From: the human T2T-CHM13v2.0 reference genome, Homo sapiens
Length of the DNA: 64,000 bases
Assembly (NCBI RefSeq): GCF_009914755.1
Contig: NC_060925.1
Strand: one strand, 5' to 3'
Positions 1 to 14,879 of this stretch are shown here, piece after piece (the stretch's first letter is position 1; the number at the start of each line of letters is the position of its first letter). Made by a program: the position numbers and the translations under genes. A model generated the notes under the pieces. That model had not been told where the DNA came from, did no database searches, and saw nothing but the letters and a program-made list of their open reading frames with translations.

Positions 1-237
1 TACCCGATTTGCCCTTTGCTCAAAGTAGTTCTATATTCTTTCCATGAGGTTTTTAACAAGCGAGCCCAGTTCAGCGCACCTTTTAAGTTTAAAGATGAAT
101 ATTTTTAGCCTAAGCCACCTCGCCCTGTCTTTACCGCTGTGGTGTGGTTTTCACTAAACCTCCCTAGGAGGGCTCGCGCAGTCCTCAGGCTCCGGATAAA
201 CACGTGTGCCCGCATCCAGCTCCGGCGCGCCCTGCAT

Positions 238-265
238 TTCAGCACCGCCGCCTCTGGAGAGCGCC
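238..265 (+). promoter_or_regulatory. Non-canonical (split) RE1/NRSE REST site
   Basis: TTCAGCACC (238-246) + 9-nt spacer GCCGCCTCT + GGAGAGCGCC (256-265); canonical RE1 is TTCAGCACCnnGGACAGCGCC. Confidence 0.6.
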
Positions 266-1491
266 TTGCTGGCGGGCCAGGTCAGGGCCTCCCACACGCT
301 CTCTCATCCATCCCAGCCCACTCGCTTTTCCCTACTCCTCGCTTCTCTCAGTTTCAAGAAAAAGCACCCCCAACTTCTAACTTCTCAATTCCTGCTTCTA
401 AAGTGACCTCCGCGTCCCTCTTTCCGTGTCTAAACGCTCATGCCCCACGCCTTTGAGTCCTACGAGCAGCTGCGAAGCCGCGTGGCTTCCCACCGGTGGC
501 GCGAGACCTCCAATAGGCATCTATCGATCACCTTTCCCCTACCGCTGCTGGACCCCGAACCAGCCAGCCGGATGCCCCCGCTCGCTCTCTCTGACTCCAC
601 GCCCCAAAGCTTCTAAGAAACAAACGCGCGATAAGTCCCCTCCCCCCAACACGCACACGCATATACTCACACACAGTCATTCGCACATTCGTACACACAC
701 TAGACGCCTCAAGCCTTCCGAGTGCCATCGCCACCCTGGGCAGAGCCTCAGCCAACTTGGGCCCCGATCCTTCGGCTCCGGCTCGCGCAGGGCCTCCCGC
801 AGCCTCCGCCCGGCCCCCTCCCCGTCCTAGGCAGCGGGTCCCTGAGGCCGAACCTAGGCGGAAAAGGGCCCCCTCCCTATTCACTCAGCATCCACCTCGC
901 GCGGGCAATACACGGCCCACAATTCCCAAACACTGGTCCCTGGGCCGCCCAGAATCACCAGCCAAATCCGAAATTAATCTTGAAGCCCCAGCCCCTGTCA
1001 CTGGTGTGTCGGGCGCGAGTGTGTTTGCGAATCCCAGGCACATACATGATTTAACTCCTTCGAGCTTTCGGCCCATCCTAAACAAACAGCACGTTATCTC
1101 CAGCCCCTTCCTCCCCTACTCGGCGCCCCAACCTCTGCCCCCATCCCGGTCTTCGCCAGCCTGGTAGCCGAACCACCGCACCGCCACACTCCAGTTCTGG
1201 TATCTCGAACCCCTGCCCAGCCCCAAATGATACTCATCTCTAGTCCCCTCCCATCCCCCACCTTTGGCCCCCTGCGAGCCGGGTCTGGCCCCGGCAAGTG
1301 ACGCCTCGGAAACGCAGTCTGCGTACCCTCCCCTGAGTCCAAAATGAAGGGGCCGACCTCCACCAGCTGGATGAGCCGGCCCACCCCTCCGAAGGGGCAC
1401 ACGCCTTCCCGTTCGATCGCCCTGGAAAACACAGGTGCCTGGGAAAGGAGAGGAGCGGAAGCGGCTTCCAGAGGTGGGCGGGAGGACTCAC

Positions 1492-1576
1492 CAAACATCT
1501 GAATGTGCCCTTTGGTGATGGGATTGAAGCTGCCGCAGGCGAGCAAGATAACGTGGGTCTTGGTGGTCTCGGTCAT
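1492..1576 (-). CDS. NMNAT2: Nicotinamide mononucleotide adenylyltransferase 2, first coding exon (85 nt, phase-1 donor)
   Basis: Encodes [28 protein letters not shown], the NMNAT2 N-terminus with the GxFxPxT/HxxH motif; ACCATGA start; ends at G|GTGAGT donor (intron starts 1491 and runs off the left edge). Confidence 0.98.
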
Positions 1577-1712
1577 GGTGCAGATGGGTCCTTCGCGGTG
1601 GTCTAGGGGTTGCCTCTCTTTTTGTGTCTCGTTGTGTCTGCAGAGGGAGAAAGGAAGGCGAGGCTCCGGCGGTGGATGCTGTGGACTCCAAGGAGCCGCT
1701 CCAGACGCAAAC

Positions 1713-1720
1713 CGCGTCAC
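1713..1720 (-). promoter_or_regulatory. CRE half-site (GTGACGCG) near the NMNAT2 start
   Basis: CGTCA at 1715-1719; a second TGACG at 1299-1303 in intron 1. Short motif, function not shown by sequence. Confidence 0.4.
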
Positions 1721-2358
1721 TCTCCGCCTCCCCTTAACGCTTGCAGCTCCGGCTAGATCCGAGGCTGCTTTTGTATTGCTCTGCTCTCTTCTCTCCTCGG
1801 TCGCTCTCTTTTCGTTCTGGCTTCCTTCGCATCTCTCGCCTGGTGCCCCACCCCATCCTCTCTATCGCCCCCAGCCCACTTCACTCCATCACTGTCTTCC
1901 TTAGAGTTTATCCAGAAGGCAAGACGTGGTATCCAAGCTCAGAACCAAGAGCCCACAGCATGGTGTGAGCTCTTTCTGCCTCTTGCCTCATCTTGATTCA
2001 GTTTTCCTCCTCATTCTAACATTTTTCTGTCCCCCCTACTTTCTCTAACATCTCCAAGTTAAAAAATGTTTGATCTTAAGGTATTTTTTCTTTCTCTCTT
2101 CCTCAAAATTTTAAGTGAGAAATGACCATTGTTTATTTCAGTAGTATTCATTTCTGCTTTTCCTTTTTCCTTTATCTGATGATTCCAAACTATTGAGTTG
2201 AGTCCAAATCTTGATCTGCTGGCTGCAGAGAGATAGGGGTGATCTAAGCCCTTCCTCTGCAATACTGATCCTTTTCGTGGGCGAAGCAATGCTATCCGTT
2301 TGAGAGAACATGAAGGGGGCAGAGTTACTAAAACTGTATTAGAAAATTATGGGGATCC

Positions 2359-2715
<357 letters not shown>

Positions 2716-2719
2716 TTAA

Positions 2720-4899
<2,180 letters not shown>

Positions 4900-4900
<1 letters not shown>

Positions 4901-5290
4901 AGTAGCTAACATTCATTGGGTGTTACTAGAAGCCCAAGCACTGTAAAATGTTTACAGATGTTAACTCTTTAACACTCACAATAACTCTGTGAGTTTGTAT
5001 GATTTTATTCTATCTTAGAGATAAGCCTACAGGGGCACAGGGAAATTAAGTAACTGGTCTGGGTTGAGACTGCTAGCATGTATGGAACCAGATTCAAACC
5101 CTGACAGTTTTGATTGAAGGCCCTACTCTTGATACAAGGCTACTCTCTCATCTTGTTTCCCTGCTATGCTATACTGGCCATATTTGTAAAATGAGGAAAA
5201 CAATACCCACCAAGCTGCAGAGATGTGAAGATTAGAGGTAATGTATGTAGAACACCTAGCATATAGTAGATGATCAATAAATGATAGCTA
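4900..5290. mobile_element. MIR fragments
   Basis: MIR core-like phrases (aataatagtagctaacatt, ttaagtaact, tttgtaaaatgagg). Confidence 0.5.
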
Positions 5291-5358
5291 GTTCATAATT
5301 GAGAGAATAGGACTTCTTAGCAGAGATTGGAGAACAGACTGAGAGATACCTTACCATG

Positions 5359-6045
5359 TGCTAAGGTCTGAATGTTTCTGTCCCCCAAAATTCATATATT
5401 GAAACCTAATCCCCCATGTCATGGTCTTAAGAGGTAGGGTGATATGGTTTGGATCTGTGTCCTCACCCAAATTTCATGTTGAATTGTAATCCCACGTTGG
5501 AGGTGGTGCCTAGTGGGAGGTGATTGGGTCATGGTGGCAATTTCTCATGGTTTAACACCATCCCCCATGTAGGTGTTGTCTTGATAGTGAGTTCTCATGA
5601 GATCTAGTTGTTTAAAAGTGTATAGCATCTCTTTCCACCCACTCCTCGTGCTCCAGCCATGTAAGTCCTGCCTGCTTCCCCCTTGCCTTCCACCATGAGT
5701 AAAAATTTCCTGAGGCCTCCCTAGAAGCCGTTATGCATTCTGTACAAGCTGCAGAATCATGAGCCAATCAAACCTCTTTTCTTTATAAATTACCTAGTCT
5801 CAGATATTTCTTTAAAGCAGAGCAAGAACATACTAATGCATAGGGCCTTTGAGAAGTGACTAGATCATGAGCTGGAAGCCCTCATAAATGGGATTAAAAG
5901 AGGCTCAAGGGAGCTCATTTGTTCCTTCTACCATGTGATGACACATCTATGAACCAGGCATCAAGCCCTCACCAGACACCGAATCTGCTGGTGCCTTAAT
6001 CTTGGACTTCCCAGCCTCCAGTGAGGAATAATTTCTGTTGGATAT
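5359..6045 (+). mobile_element. MLT1A-like MaLR LTR, split by a nested MST LTR
   Basis: Starts TGCTAAGGTCTGAATGTTT...; resumes after 5845 with gcctttgagaagtgactag...ggacttcccagcctccag. Confidence 0.75.
5440..5840 (+). mobile_element. MSTA/MSTB-like MaLR solo LTR
   Basis: TG...CA termini; 5-bp TSD TAGGG at 5435-5439 and 5841-5845. Confidence 0.85.
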
Positions 6046-6448
6046 AGCTGTTCCTAAAGCTAGATCTACCCATTGGACTTCCCAATTAAGTAAATCAATA
6101 AATTCCTTCTTTGGCTTAGTTCCAGTTGATATAATAAAGGCTTACCAATAAATGACTTGCCCAAAGCCACACAATAAGCAAACTCTAATTTGAATAGGGT
6201 TATTGTTATTTGTTTCTGAAATAGTCCTAAGTAATACAAGCAAGTTACAACATCTAGAAGTGTACAGTTACTAACCTTGAGCCACTTCAACTCCAGTAAT
6301 AGAATGAATATGCGTGTGAATACTGAGACTAGCAGGTATAATTGGTGCAAATTTTTCTTATGCTTCCATTTCCACTGAAATTAGTTTAGTTATTACTAGG
6401 AAGTGTACTTTACGGGTTTGCTATATGGATCAAATAAAACCATGTGTG

Positions 6449-6762
6449 GGCCAGGCACGGTGGCTCATGTCTGTAATCCCAGCACTTTGGGAGGCTGAGG
6501 TGGGAGGATCACTTGAGACCAGGAGTTCGAGACCAGCCTGGCCAACATGGCGAAACTCTGTCCCTACTACAAATACAAAAATTATCCGGGCATGGAGACA
6601 CGTGACTGTAGTCCCAGCTATTCAGGAGGCTGAGGCACAAGAATCGCTTGAACCTGGGAGGCGGATGTTGCAGTGAGCCGAGATCATACCACTGCACTCC
6701 ACCCTGGGCAATAGCGAGACTCTATGTCGATAAAACAAAACAAAATAAAATAAAATAAAATA
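6449..6762 (+). mobile_element. AluS
   Basis: Full dimer, (TAAAA)n tail, TSD AAACCATGTGTG. Confidence 0.93.
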
Positions 6763-7567
6763 AACCATGTGTGAGTAAAGAACTTTGTTAAAAAAGCATA
6801 TTGCCAACTTCAGGTCAAACTTCACAGCTGCTAAATACAAACGCCAATTGTTTTTAAGTGTTTAGTTGTTTCTACTGATGCATTTGTCAAGAATGTTTCC
6901 AGAAGTTGCAAACTTAGAGAGTAATGGCTTTGGGAATATTCCAATAGTCTAAATATCAACCAATGAAAACAAATTGCCAAAAACATACCAATAATGAGTT
7001 TCAGTAAAAGTTGTTTTATAAGATGTAAGAATATCAAGTCTTGCACAATAGATGCACCTTAATATATAGTGATTTATTCTCAGGGATGCTTATTTTAACT
7101 TAGGTAATATTATTTTGTCCAATATTTCAACTTTCTGACAGCTGGAAATTACTTTAGGCTGTAAAGAAGGAAGCAGAGTCATTCTCCCACTGCCTAAACC
7201 TTCCAGTTCACTCGAGCCAGTTCAGTTTTCCAATAGTTCAAGGCAGACAGACCAAACCAGAACTTTCCATGCCATGAATACCTGTTCTGAAGGGGCAGGC
7301 TTAAGTGTCTATTGGGTCTGAGAGAGATGTGCATATGTGAAGTCTAACGAAGTGGGTATGTATGCTCATGGGCATGTAAGCTTACCTATTTCCCTATTTA
7401 CCTAGACAAGATTGATTACACATTTTTATCACAAATTAGGGTAAAACTATTTCATGTTTATACAGCTGGCTTCCAAAGTAATATTAGGGGCTGGGCGCAG
7501 TGGCTCACTCAGACTTATAATTTATGTAATTATTCAAATAATAATTCACAAATGAAATATGTTCCCC

Positions 7568-7692
7568 ATTTTTTTTAAGAGATGGGGTCTTGCTAATGTT
7601 GCTCTAGTTGGTCTTGAACTCCTGGCCTCAAGCAAACCTCCCACCTGGACCTCCCAAAGTACTGGGATTATAGGCATGAGCTGTCTCACCCA
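7568..7692 (-). mobile_element. Alu left monomer / FLAM
   Basis: Single reverse monomer flanked by TATGTTCCC repeats. Confidence 0.8.
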
Positions 7693-8404
7693 ATTTATGT
7701 TCCCAAACTTTAAAACCTAATTATCAATTATAAGCATAGCAATACTTCTGGCACCACAGTGAAAGAGAAAAGGTACACAGGTTTCTGTAACCAATAAGCA
7801 TTGCATACCATTAAAAATAATAAATTTCTTCAGCTAACTCAGATATTTGCTCATTTGCTCATCATGGCTTCTTTCAGATATTGGGGGAGGTGGTGCAAAT
7901 TGAAAATTTTATATTTTCAATTATTTTCTTGAGACTGAAAATCTTACTACTTATAAAGTTTTCCCAAGAGCAAAAATAGGAGACAGAAAAATCAGTACTA
8001 ACAGACTTGGAAAGGGTATAATTGATTAAGAAGTAAAATTATTCCCTGAAATGACATCTGAGAATATCTTTGCCTCCTTCCTTTAAGTCACCCAAATGAA
8101 AAACACATTTGGCTCAAGGGAGAATTAAATAAAGGATAGGGAGATTAAAATACAAAATATTTTTTCCATTAGGTCAATACTTCACAATGTAGTTAAGCAA
8201 GCTCTAACTTGGAATTTGAATCCCATGACTCCCAAATTTATCAGATGTAAAAAATAACAGTGTCTCAGCTGAGCTACTCTAAACAACTCTCCCATAATAA
8301 CTAAACTAATTTCAGAGGAAATGAAGGCACAAGAAACATTTGCACCAATCAGACCTGCTAGTCTCAATTTTCACAACCCATATTCCTTCTATGGCTGGAG
8401 TTGA

Positions 8405-8745
<341 letters not shown>

Positions 8746-10396
8746 CACTTTTAAATTTTATAAGTTGCTTGTATTACTCAGGATTGTTTCAGAAACAAAT
8801 AACGGAAAGCCTATTCAAGCTGGGGTTTAAGCCAAGGAGGAAATTTATTGATCTATTTGATTGGGAAGTCTAATGGGTGGATTCAGTTTTAGGGGCAACT
8901 ATATCCATAAATTCTGATAATATCATCAAGATCCTGTTTCTTTCTCTCACCACCTCTTATTTTACTTTCCTCTGTGATTCCTTTTATTCTCAGATGAATG
9001 CTCTCCACATTAAAACAAGGTGGCTGCTGGCAGCCGTAAACAACATTGTCCTTACTGGTCATAATCCCACTGAAAGACAGCATCTTTGCCCAGAATGTCA
9101 ATAAAAGTCTCAGTGAAGACTCTGATTAGTCCTACACTGATCACGTGCCCATCCTTAACAATCACTGTGACTAGAAAGAGGAATTGGTTGGCCAAACCTG
9201 GGTCACTTGCCCACACTAGGCTTGAAGGGGGAGGGGAATAGGAAGAAAAGCCAACTTCATCTGAATTTCTCAGACTAGGCTTGTAATAGAGGGTAGAGAA
9301 GCTTGACAATAAATATAGTGTTGCTATAAGAAGAAAATATGTAGTGTAAACATCGAGTTACAATCTGAAAATGTCTTGTTAATATCTGTAGGTCCAGCAT
9401 CTTGTAAGAAGTAAACTCAGATTTATTAACTTTTGTGGGAGGGTAGAAACTGATGAAAAAAAAGGAAGGCATTCCAAGGGAAATGTGGTCCTGGATAAAT
9501 TCAAGACATTTAGGCTGTAGCTTCTAGGGACTAAGGAGAGTGTGGGAGTTCCTCTCTTGAGGGTCAGAGATGGGAGCTTAATACTCTCTGAATCCAAGCT
9601 GGCCTTGTTGGCATCTGGAAGCTTCTAAACTTCGTTCTTTCTCTCTTGCTCCCTCCCTCCTACTTATTCCCTCCCTCCACATAATCTGTTATCTATGCCA
9701 TGCATTAGCATCATCCTTCTCTGAAAGCTTCTTGGTTCCTGCTGCTCCATTAAAATGATTTGAATTTTCATGGCCCAAACTATGGCACGGACTAAACATG
9801 ACCTCCAGTTCCCAACATCTGCTGACCTCAGTTTCTTTGTCTTGGTTCAAATCACAGAAAGAAAATCCTATTAGCTCAGCATGAGTCATGGGACCATTCT
9901 GATATACTCACCTGGGGCCAAAAAATTGGTCTGCTCTACCCACCTCCTTGGCGAGGGTTTTAAGGGGCACTGTCCCACTGTTAATACCCCCAAACACACT
10001 CAAAATTTGGTTTCACCATGAAAAACAGGGCCAGAAACTAGAAGAATAGTAAGGATTGTATAACATGATACTTTTAGTTACCACTATGATGGCTGCTTGG
10101 ACAAATAGCTCAGATCAAAAGATTATCCTAAAAAGAAAATTGTTGTTCACCTGAAATATCTGCAGTGTAGCTGCAGGATTCGAGGGCTACCAAAACAAAA
10201 GCCAAATGCAAATGTAGTCCCTATATCATCTTTTTTTCCGCATGGCTATAAATTTGCAATAATGTTAAATAACTGTGTTAAATATCTAACATAGGGCATA
10301 TGTTTCTGAAGGCCGCTAACTGATCAGATAGCACTGTTACCTAAGAAGGTGAATTATTTAAAGAAGTTTTGCTCGCTAATAAAAAGGAATAAAGAG

Positions 10397-11274
10397 GGAA
10401 GTGGGGAGCACCTCTGCCCGGCCACCCATCGTCTGGGAAGTGAGGAGCGCCTCTGCCCGGCCGCCCCCTCTGGGAAATGAGGAGCGCCTCTGCCCAGCCG
10501 CCCCGTCTGGGAAGTGAGGAGCGCCTCTGCCTGGCCGCCCATCATCTGGGATGTGAGGAGTGCCTCTGCCCTGCCGCCCATCGTCTGGGAGGTGAGGAGC
10601 GCCTCTGCCCGGCTGCCCATCGTCTGGGAGGTGAGGAGCGCCTCTGCCCAGCTGCCCCGTCTGGGAGGTGAGGAGCGCCTCTGCCTGGCCACTGTGCAAT
10701 CTTCCAAGTGTGAAGTGACAGCCTTTCTGCAGGTGTACCCAACAGCTCCGAAGAGACAGCAACCATCGAGAACGGGCCATGATGACGATGGCTGTTTTCT
10801 CGAAAAGAAAAGGGGGAAATGTGGGGAAAAGAAAGAGAGATCAGATTGTTACTGTGTCTGTGTAGAAAGAAGTAGACATAGGAGACTCCATTTTGTTCTG
10901 TACTAAGAAAAATTCTTCTGCCTTGGGATGCTGTTAATCTATAACCTTACCCCCAACCCTGTGCTCTCTGAAACATGTGCTGTGTCAACTCAGGGTTAAA
11001 TGGATTAAGGGTGGTGCAAGGTATGCTTTGTTAAACAGATGCTTGAAGGCAGCATGCTCGTTAAGAGTCATCACCACTCCCTAATCTCAAGTACCCAGGG
11101 ACACAATCACTGCGGAAGGCTGCAGGGACCTCTGCCTAGGAAAACCAGAGACCTTTGTTCATGTGTTTATCTGCTGACCTTCTCTCCACTATTATCCTAT
11201 GACCCTGCCACATCCCCCTCTCCGAGAAACACCCAAGAATGATCAATAAATACTAAAAAATAAATAAATAAATA
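10397..11274 (+). mobile_element. 5'-truncated SVA retrotransposon (SVA_A-like): VNTR + SINE-R + poly(A)
   Basis: About 8 GC-rich VNTR units (gtgaggagcgcctctgcc...) at 10397-10690; HERV-K env/LTR-derived SINE-R; AATAAA and (TAAA)n tail; TSD AATAAAAAGGAATAAAGAG at 10378-10396 and 11275-11293; no hexamer or Alu-like domain. Confidence 0.95.
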
Positions 11275-11513
11275 AATAAAAAGGAATAAAGAGAAAAAGA
11301 GAGAAAGAGAAAGGAAGAAGGAAGGCAGTGAAAAATGCATACTGTACTTTCCAGCCAATTACTTACTAAACATCTCCAGAATTATTCCACTTTTCTTGAT
11401 CTTTCTGCCACTCCCCAGCTTCTCCTTCTTAAATTACTAAAGAATTCAGGCTGGACTTTTTGCAGTAAACTTTTCCTCCTCTCAGCCACTCTGTATACTC
11501 CAGCCAAAGGGAT

Positions 11514-11878
11514 TACTATGGTTTAAGTGTGTCCCCCAAAGTTCATGTGTTGGAAACTTAATCCCCAATGCAACAGTGTTGAGAGGTGGGACCTTTAACA
11601 GGTTATTAGGTTGTGAGGGATTTGTCCTCATGAATGGATCAATGTCATTATTGCAAGAGTGGGTTTGTTCTAAACGTGAGTTTGGTCCCCTCTTGCTTTC
11701 TCTTGTGCTTTCTTGCCCTTTCATCATGGAATGACACAGCAAGAAGGCCCTCTCCAGATGCTGGCCCCTCAGTCTTGGATTTTCCAGCCTCCAGAACTGT
11801 AAGAAATAAATTTCTATTCATTATAAATTACCCAGTCCCAGATTATTCTGTCACAGTAGCACAAAACAACCTAAGACA
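11514..11878 (+). mobile_element. MST/MLT1A-family MaLR solo LTR inserted in an L2 relic
   Basis: 5-bp TSD GGGAT at 11509-11513 and 11879-11883; ends CTAAGACA. Confidence 0.85.
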
Positions 11879-12743
11879 GGGATGTTTTCTAAATTATAAA
11901 TCAGATCAGATCACTGTTTGACTTTAAATCATTCAATGGCTACTCAGTACCCTCAGAATAAAATGCAAATTCTTAAAAATCTTACAAGTCCCTCATGATC
12001 TGGCTCCTCATTGCCTCTCAACCTCACCTTACTCCTTTTACTCTAACCACACACTGAACTCCTTTTAGTCATCAAATGTGGCATGCTCTATCCTAGCTGG
12101 TAAATACTGTTTTCTTATCCTCATCCGTTTTAACTAACTCTGTCTCAACCCAGAATTTACTTAATTTACTTCCTGAGCCTTCTGTGGGCCCCCTGGGTCT
12201 GTGTTAGCGCCTCTTCTCATATGTCCTTTTTTTTTTTTTTTTTTTTGTATTAAAGCACTTATCACAGTGTCCTGTATTGTGATTACTTTTTTATTTGTTT
12301 ACACCCTCCACCAACATTTATTCAGACCCTGCCATGTGCCAGGCAGTATGCTTAGCACTTTACACACATTCTTTCATTTAATTTTCACTATATCTCAATG
12401 ATGTAGGTTCTTTGATTACCTGTATCTTACAGACAAGGTGATAGACTTAGAGAAGTTAAATTGTGTTCAAGCTAATATGTGGTGAAGGCAGGCTTTGAAC
12501 TTGGGTAGTCAGCCAGGCACTCCTAATGCCCTACTCTCCTAAACCCTTCATGAGAGCAGGAACCACTTCTGTCTTGTTTACTATTACATCCCCAGAGTCT
12601 GTCACAGTCTGACACATAGTAAGCATTCACAAAATATTTCTTTAATAAATGTGGAATGATTTTTTCTTATGGCTGGATCCACTCTTTATGCATATTTTAC
12701 AATTTCTACTCTGAGTTAGATGTCTTAAAAACTAGAAAAAAAC

Positions 12744-13041
12744 GGCCAGATGTGGTGGCTCACACCTCTAATTCTAGCACTTTGGAAGGCCAAGGTAGGT
12801 GGATCACTTGAGGCCAGGAGTTTGAGACCAGCCTAGGCAACATGGCGAAGCCCTGTCTCTACTAAAAATACAAAAATTAGATGACCATGGTGGTGCACGC
12901 CTATATTTACAGTTACTGGGGAGGCTGAGGCACAAGAATCACTTGAATCTGGGAGGGGGAGGTAGCAGTGAGCTGAGATGAGATTGCACCACTGCACTCC
13001 AGTCTCAGCAACAGACTGAGACTTTGTCTCAAAAAAAAAAA
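12744..13041 (+). mobile_element. Alu (S/J)
   Basis: Full dimer; CTAGAAAAAA flanking repeat. Confidence 0.92.
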
Positions 13042-13205
13042 CCTAGAAAAAAGGACGGCCAAAAATAAATCTCAACAGGTATTCATAAAGCCTGCAACTG
13101 TAAGATCTGTGCACCCTGTTCCTTCTCCCCTCAAGCTCTATTTTAGACCATAGCTGAGTTGTTCATTCTTTGTAAAGATTAGAATTCCTCCCTTCAGTGG
13201 GTTAT

Positions 13206-13685
13206 TGTTAGCTGGAAGTAAGCATCCATTCTCAAAGCCCCCTATGTATGCTTTTGAATTTTAGGAGCCAGAAAGTTAGAAACTACATTTTTCAGATTCT
13301 CTTGCAGCTAGATTTCTGGATACTAATTAGACTCTACAACAGAGATGCCCTCATGTGAGATTTAGCAGGTTAAAGTAGGGTGAAAGTCATTTTCTTATTG
13401 CTGCTGCTGCTAAGCAGCACTGTAAATTGTATTTGAAGCCAGAACCCATCTTTCAGTAGTCACCAAAGTCATGAGCATTGACAGACAGTTTTGGCAGCTG
13501 ACCTGTAGGCTACAGCCATTGTGGTGTACCCCTGAAATACAGAGTGCACTGGTGGTCCCTAACTTCAGTTTCTTTAGCGCTTCTAATGAATTTTATAAGC
13601 ACTTAATTCCTTGTTTTTATAACTCCTTTCTTCTGGAAATACATAATGCTGTTTCTGTTTCCTGAATTGAAACCTGACTGACACA
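13206..13685 (+). mobile_element. Old ERVL-class LTR (LTR33/LTR16-like)
   Basis: Phrases gaaactacatttttcagattctcttgcagctag and tgtttctgtttcctgaattgaaacctgactgacaca resemble old ERVL LTRs. Confidence 0.4.
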
Positions 13686-13741
13686 TCCCCTTAATTGCTG
13701 TATCTAGCTGACCCCTTTTTGTGTAAGCAAGAGCAAATCAT

Positions 13742-13796
13742 ATGTAAATGCAGTTATTTTGGAAATGTAAATGTAGTTATTTTGGAAATGTAAATG
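13742..13796. repeat. 23-bp tandem duplication (~2.4 copies)
   Basis: ATGTAAATG(C/T)AGTTATTTTGGAA repeated. Confidence 0.85.
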
Positions 13797-14580
13797 TGTG
13801 ATGAATAAAAAATTAATTGACAGGAATTAGAATAATGAATGAAAGAATTACAGGGGGTTTGTGTGTGTGTCTGTGTGTTTCACAAGTTGAGGAAGGGAGA
13901 TGTTGAAAAAGGTGAATCAACTGGAATGACAGAAGAAAATGAGTAGAGAACCCTCAGGTTCTACAAGGGAATAGCAGAGCAGATTTGGAATTGATAATGA
14001 GTCATTATTAAGAACTTAGTCTAATAACTGTTTACATGTGTGGAGCTATTTAGAGCTCCCAACGTTTCCTCATATGCTATTTTATTTGATCTTAACAATG
14101 AGTGATTCTGTGAGCTAAGAGTTTGCAGGCCCTTTTGTGCATTTTGCACATGAGGAAAGAAAGTGAGGCCCAGAAAGCTCAAGGATGCAGCTGTAAGTGG
14201 CTGGGTCAGAATGTTGATTCCAAGTTTCAGTATCCTACTCCAAGCAGTTAGCTATAGAAATTACTTTTGGTTTAAGGATGAGGGACAACTGAGGAATTCA
14301 GACTGCCAAAGATGATAAGCATGCTATTTTGAATCTGAACACAAAGACTGTAGGGCCCAATCAGAAAGAGGCTTTCCTTTCTCAAGACTAGGAAATGCCT
14401 TTCCTTGTTTTTTTTTTTCAGTGACTGGTCCCTGAGAGGTAGAACCTGAATGAGCTGGCAGTGGAGCTGAGAAGCTAAATGGGTCCAGTCTCTACGTTGG
14501 GTAGTTAAAATTTGGCATTTTGTAAATAGTCTTCTCTTGATGTTCCCATATTTTCAATCTTGCACTTAAGAATTTGGCTG

Positions 14581-14879
<299 letters not shown>

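Larger units (their letters stand above)
1..1900. promoter_or_regulatory. NMNAT2: CpG island covering the NMNAT2 promoter, exon 1 and proximal intron 1
   Basis: GC-rich, CpG-dense sequence compared with the AT-rich DNA after ~2 kb; surrounds the NMNAT2 ATG. Boundaries approximate. Confidence 0.85.

Noticed and set aside
139-1494. Overlapping Pro/Arg/Gly-rich ORFs in the NMNAT2 CpG island
   Set aside because: Stop-codon scarcity in GC-rich DNA; no recognisable domains.
1094-1720. 208-aa minus-strand ORF as a full protein
   Set aside because: Only 1492-1576 is NMNAT2 coding; the rest is leader (GTG start) and read-through past the GT donor into intron 1.
10397-10690. VNTR and other tandem arrays as CRISPR-like arrays
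   Set aside because: No unique spacers; eukaryotic SVA VNTR.
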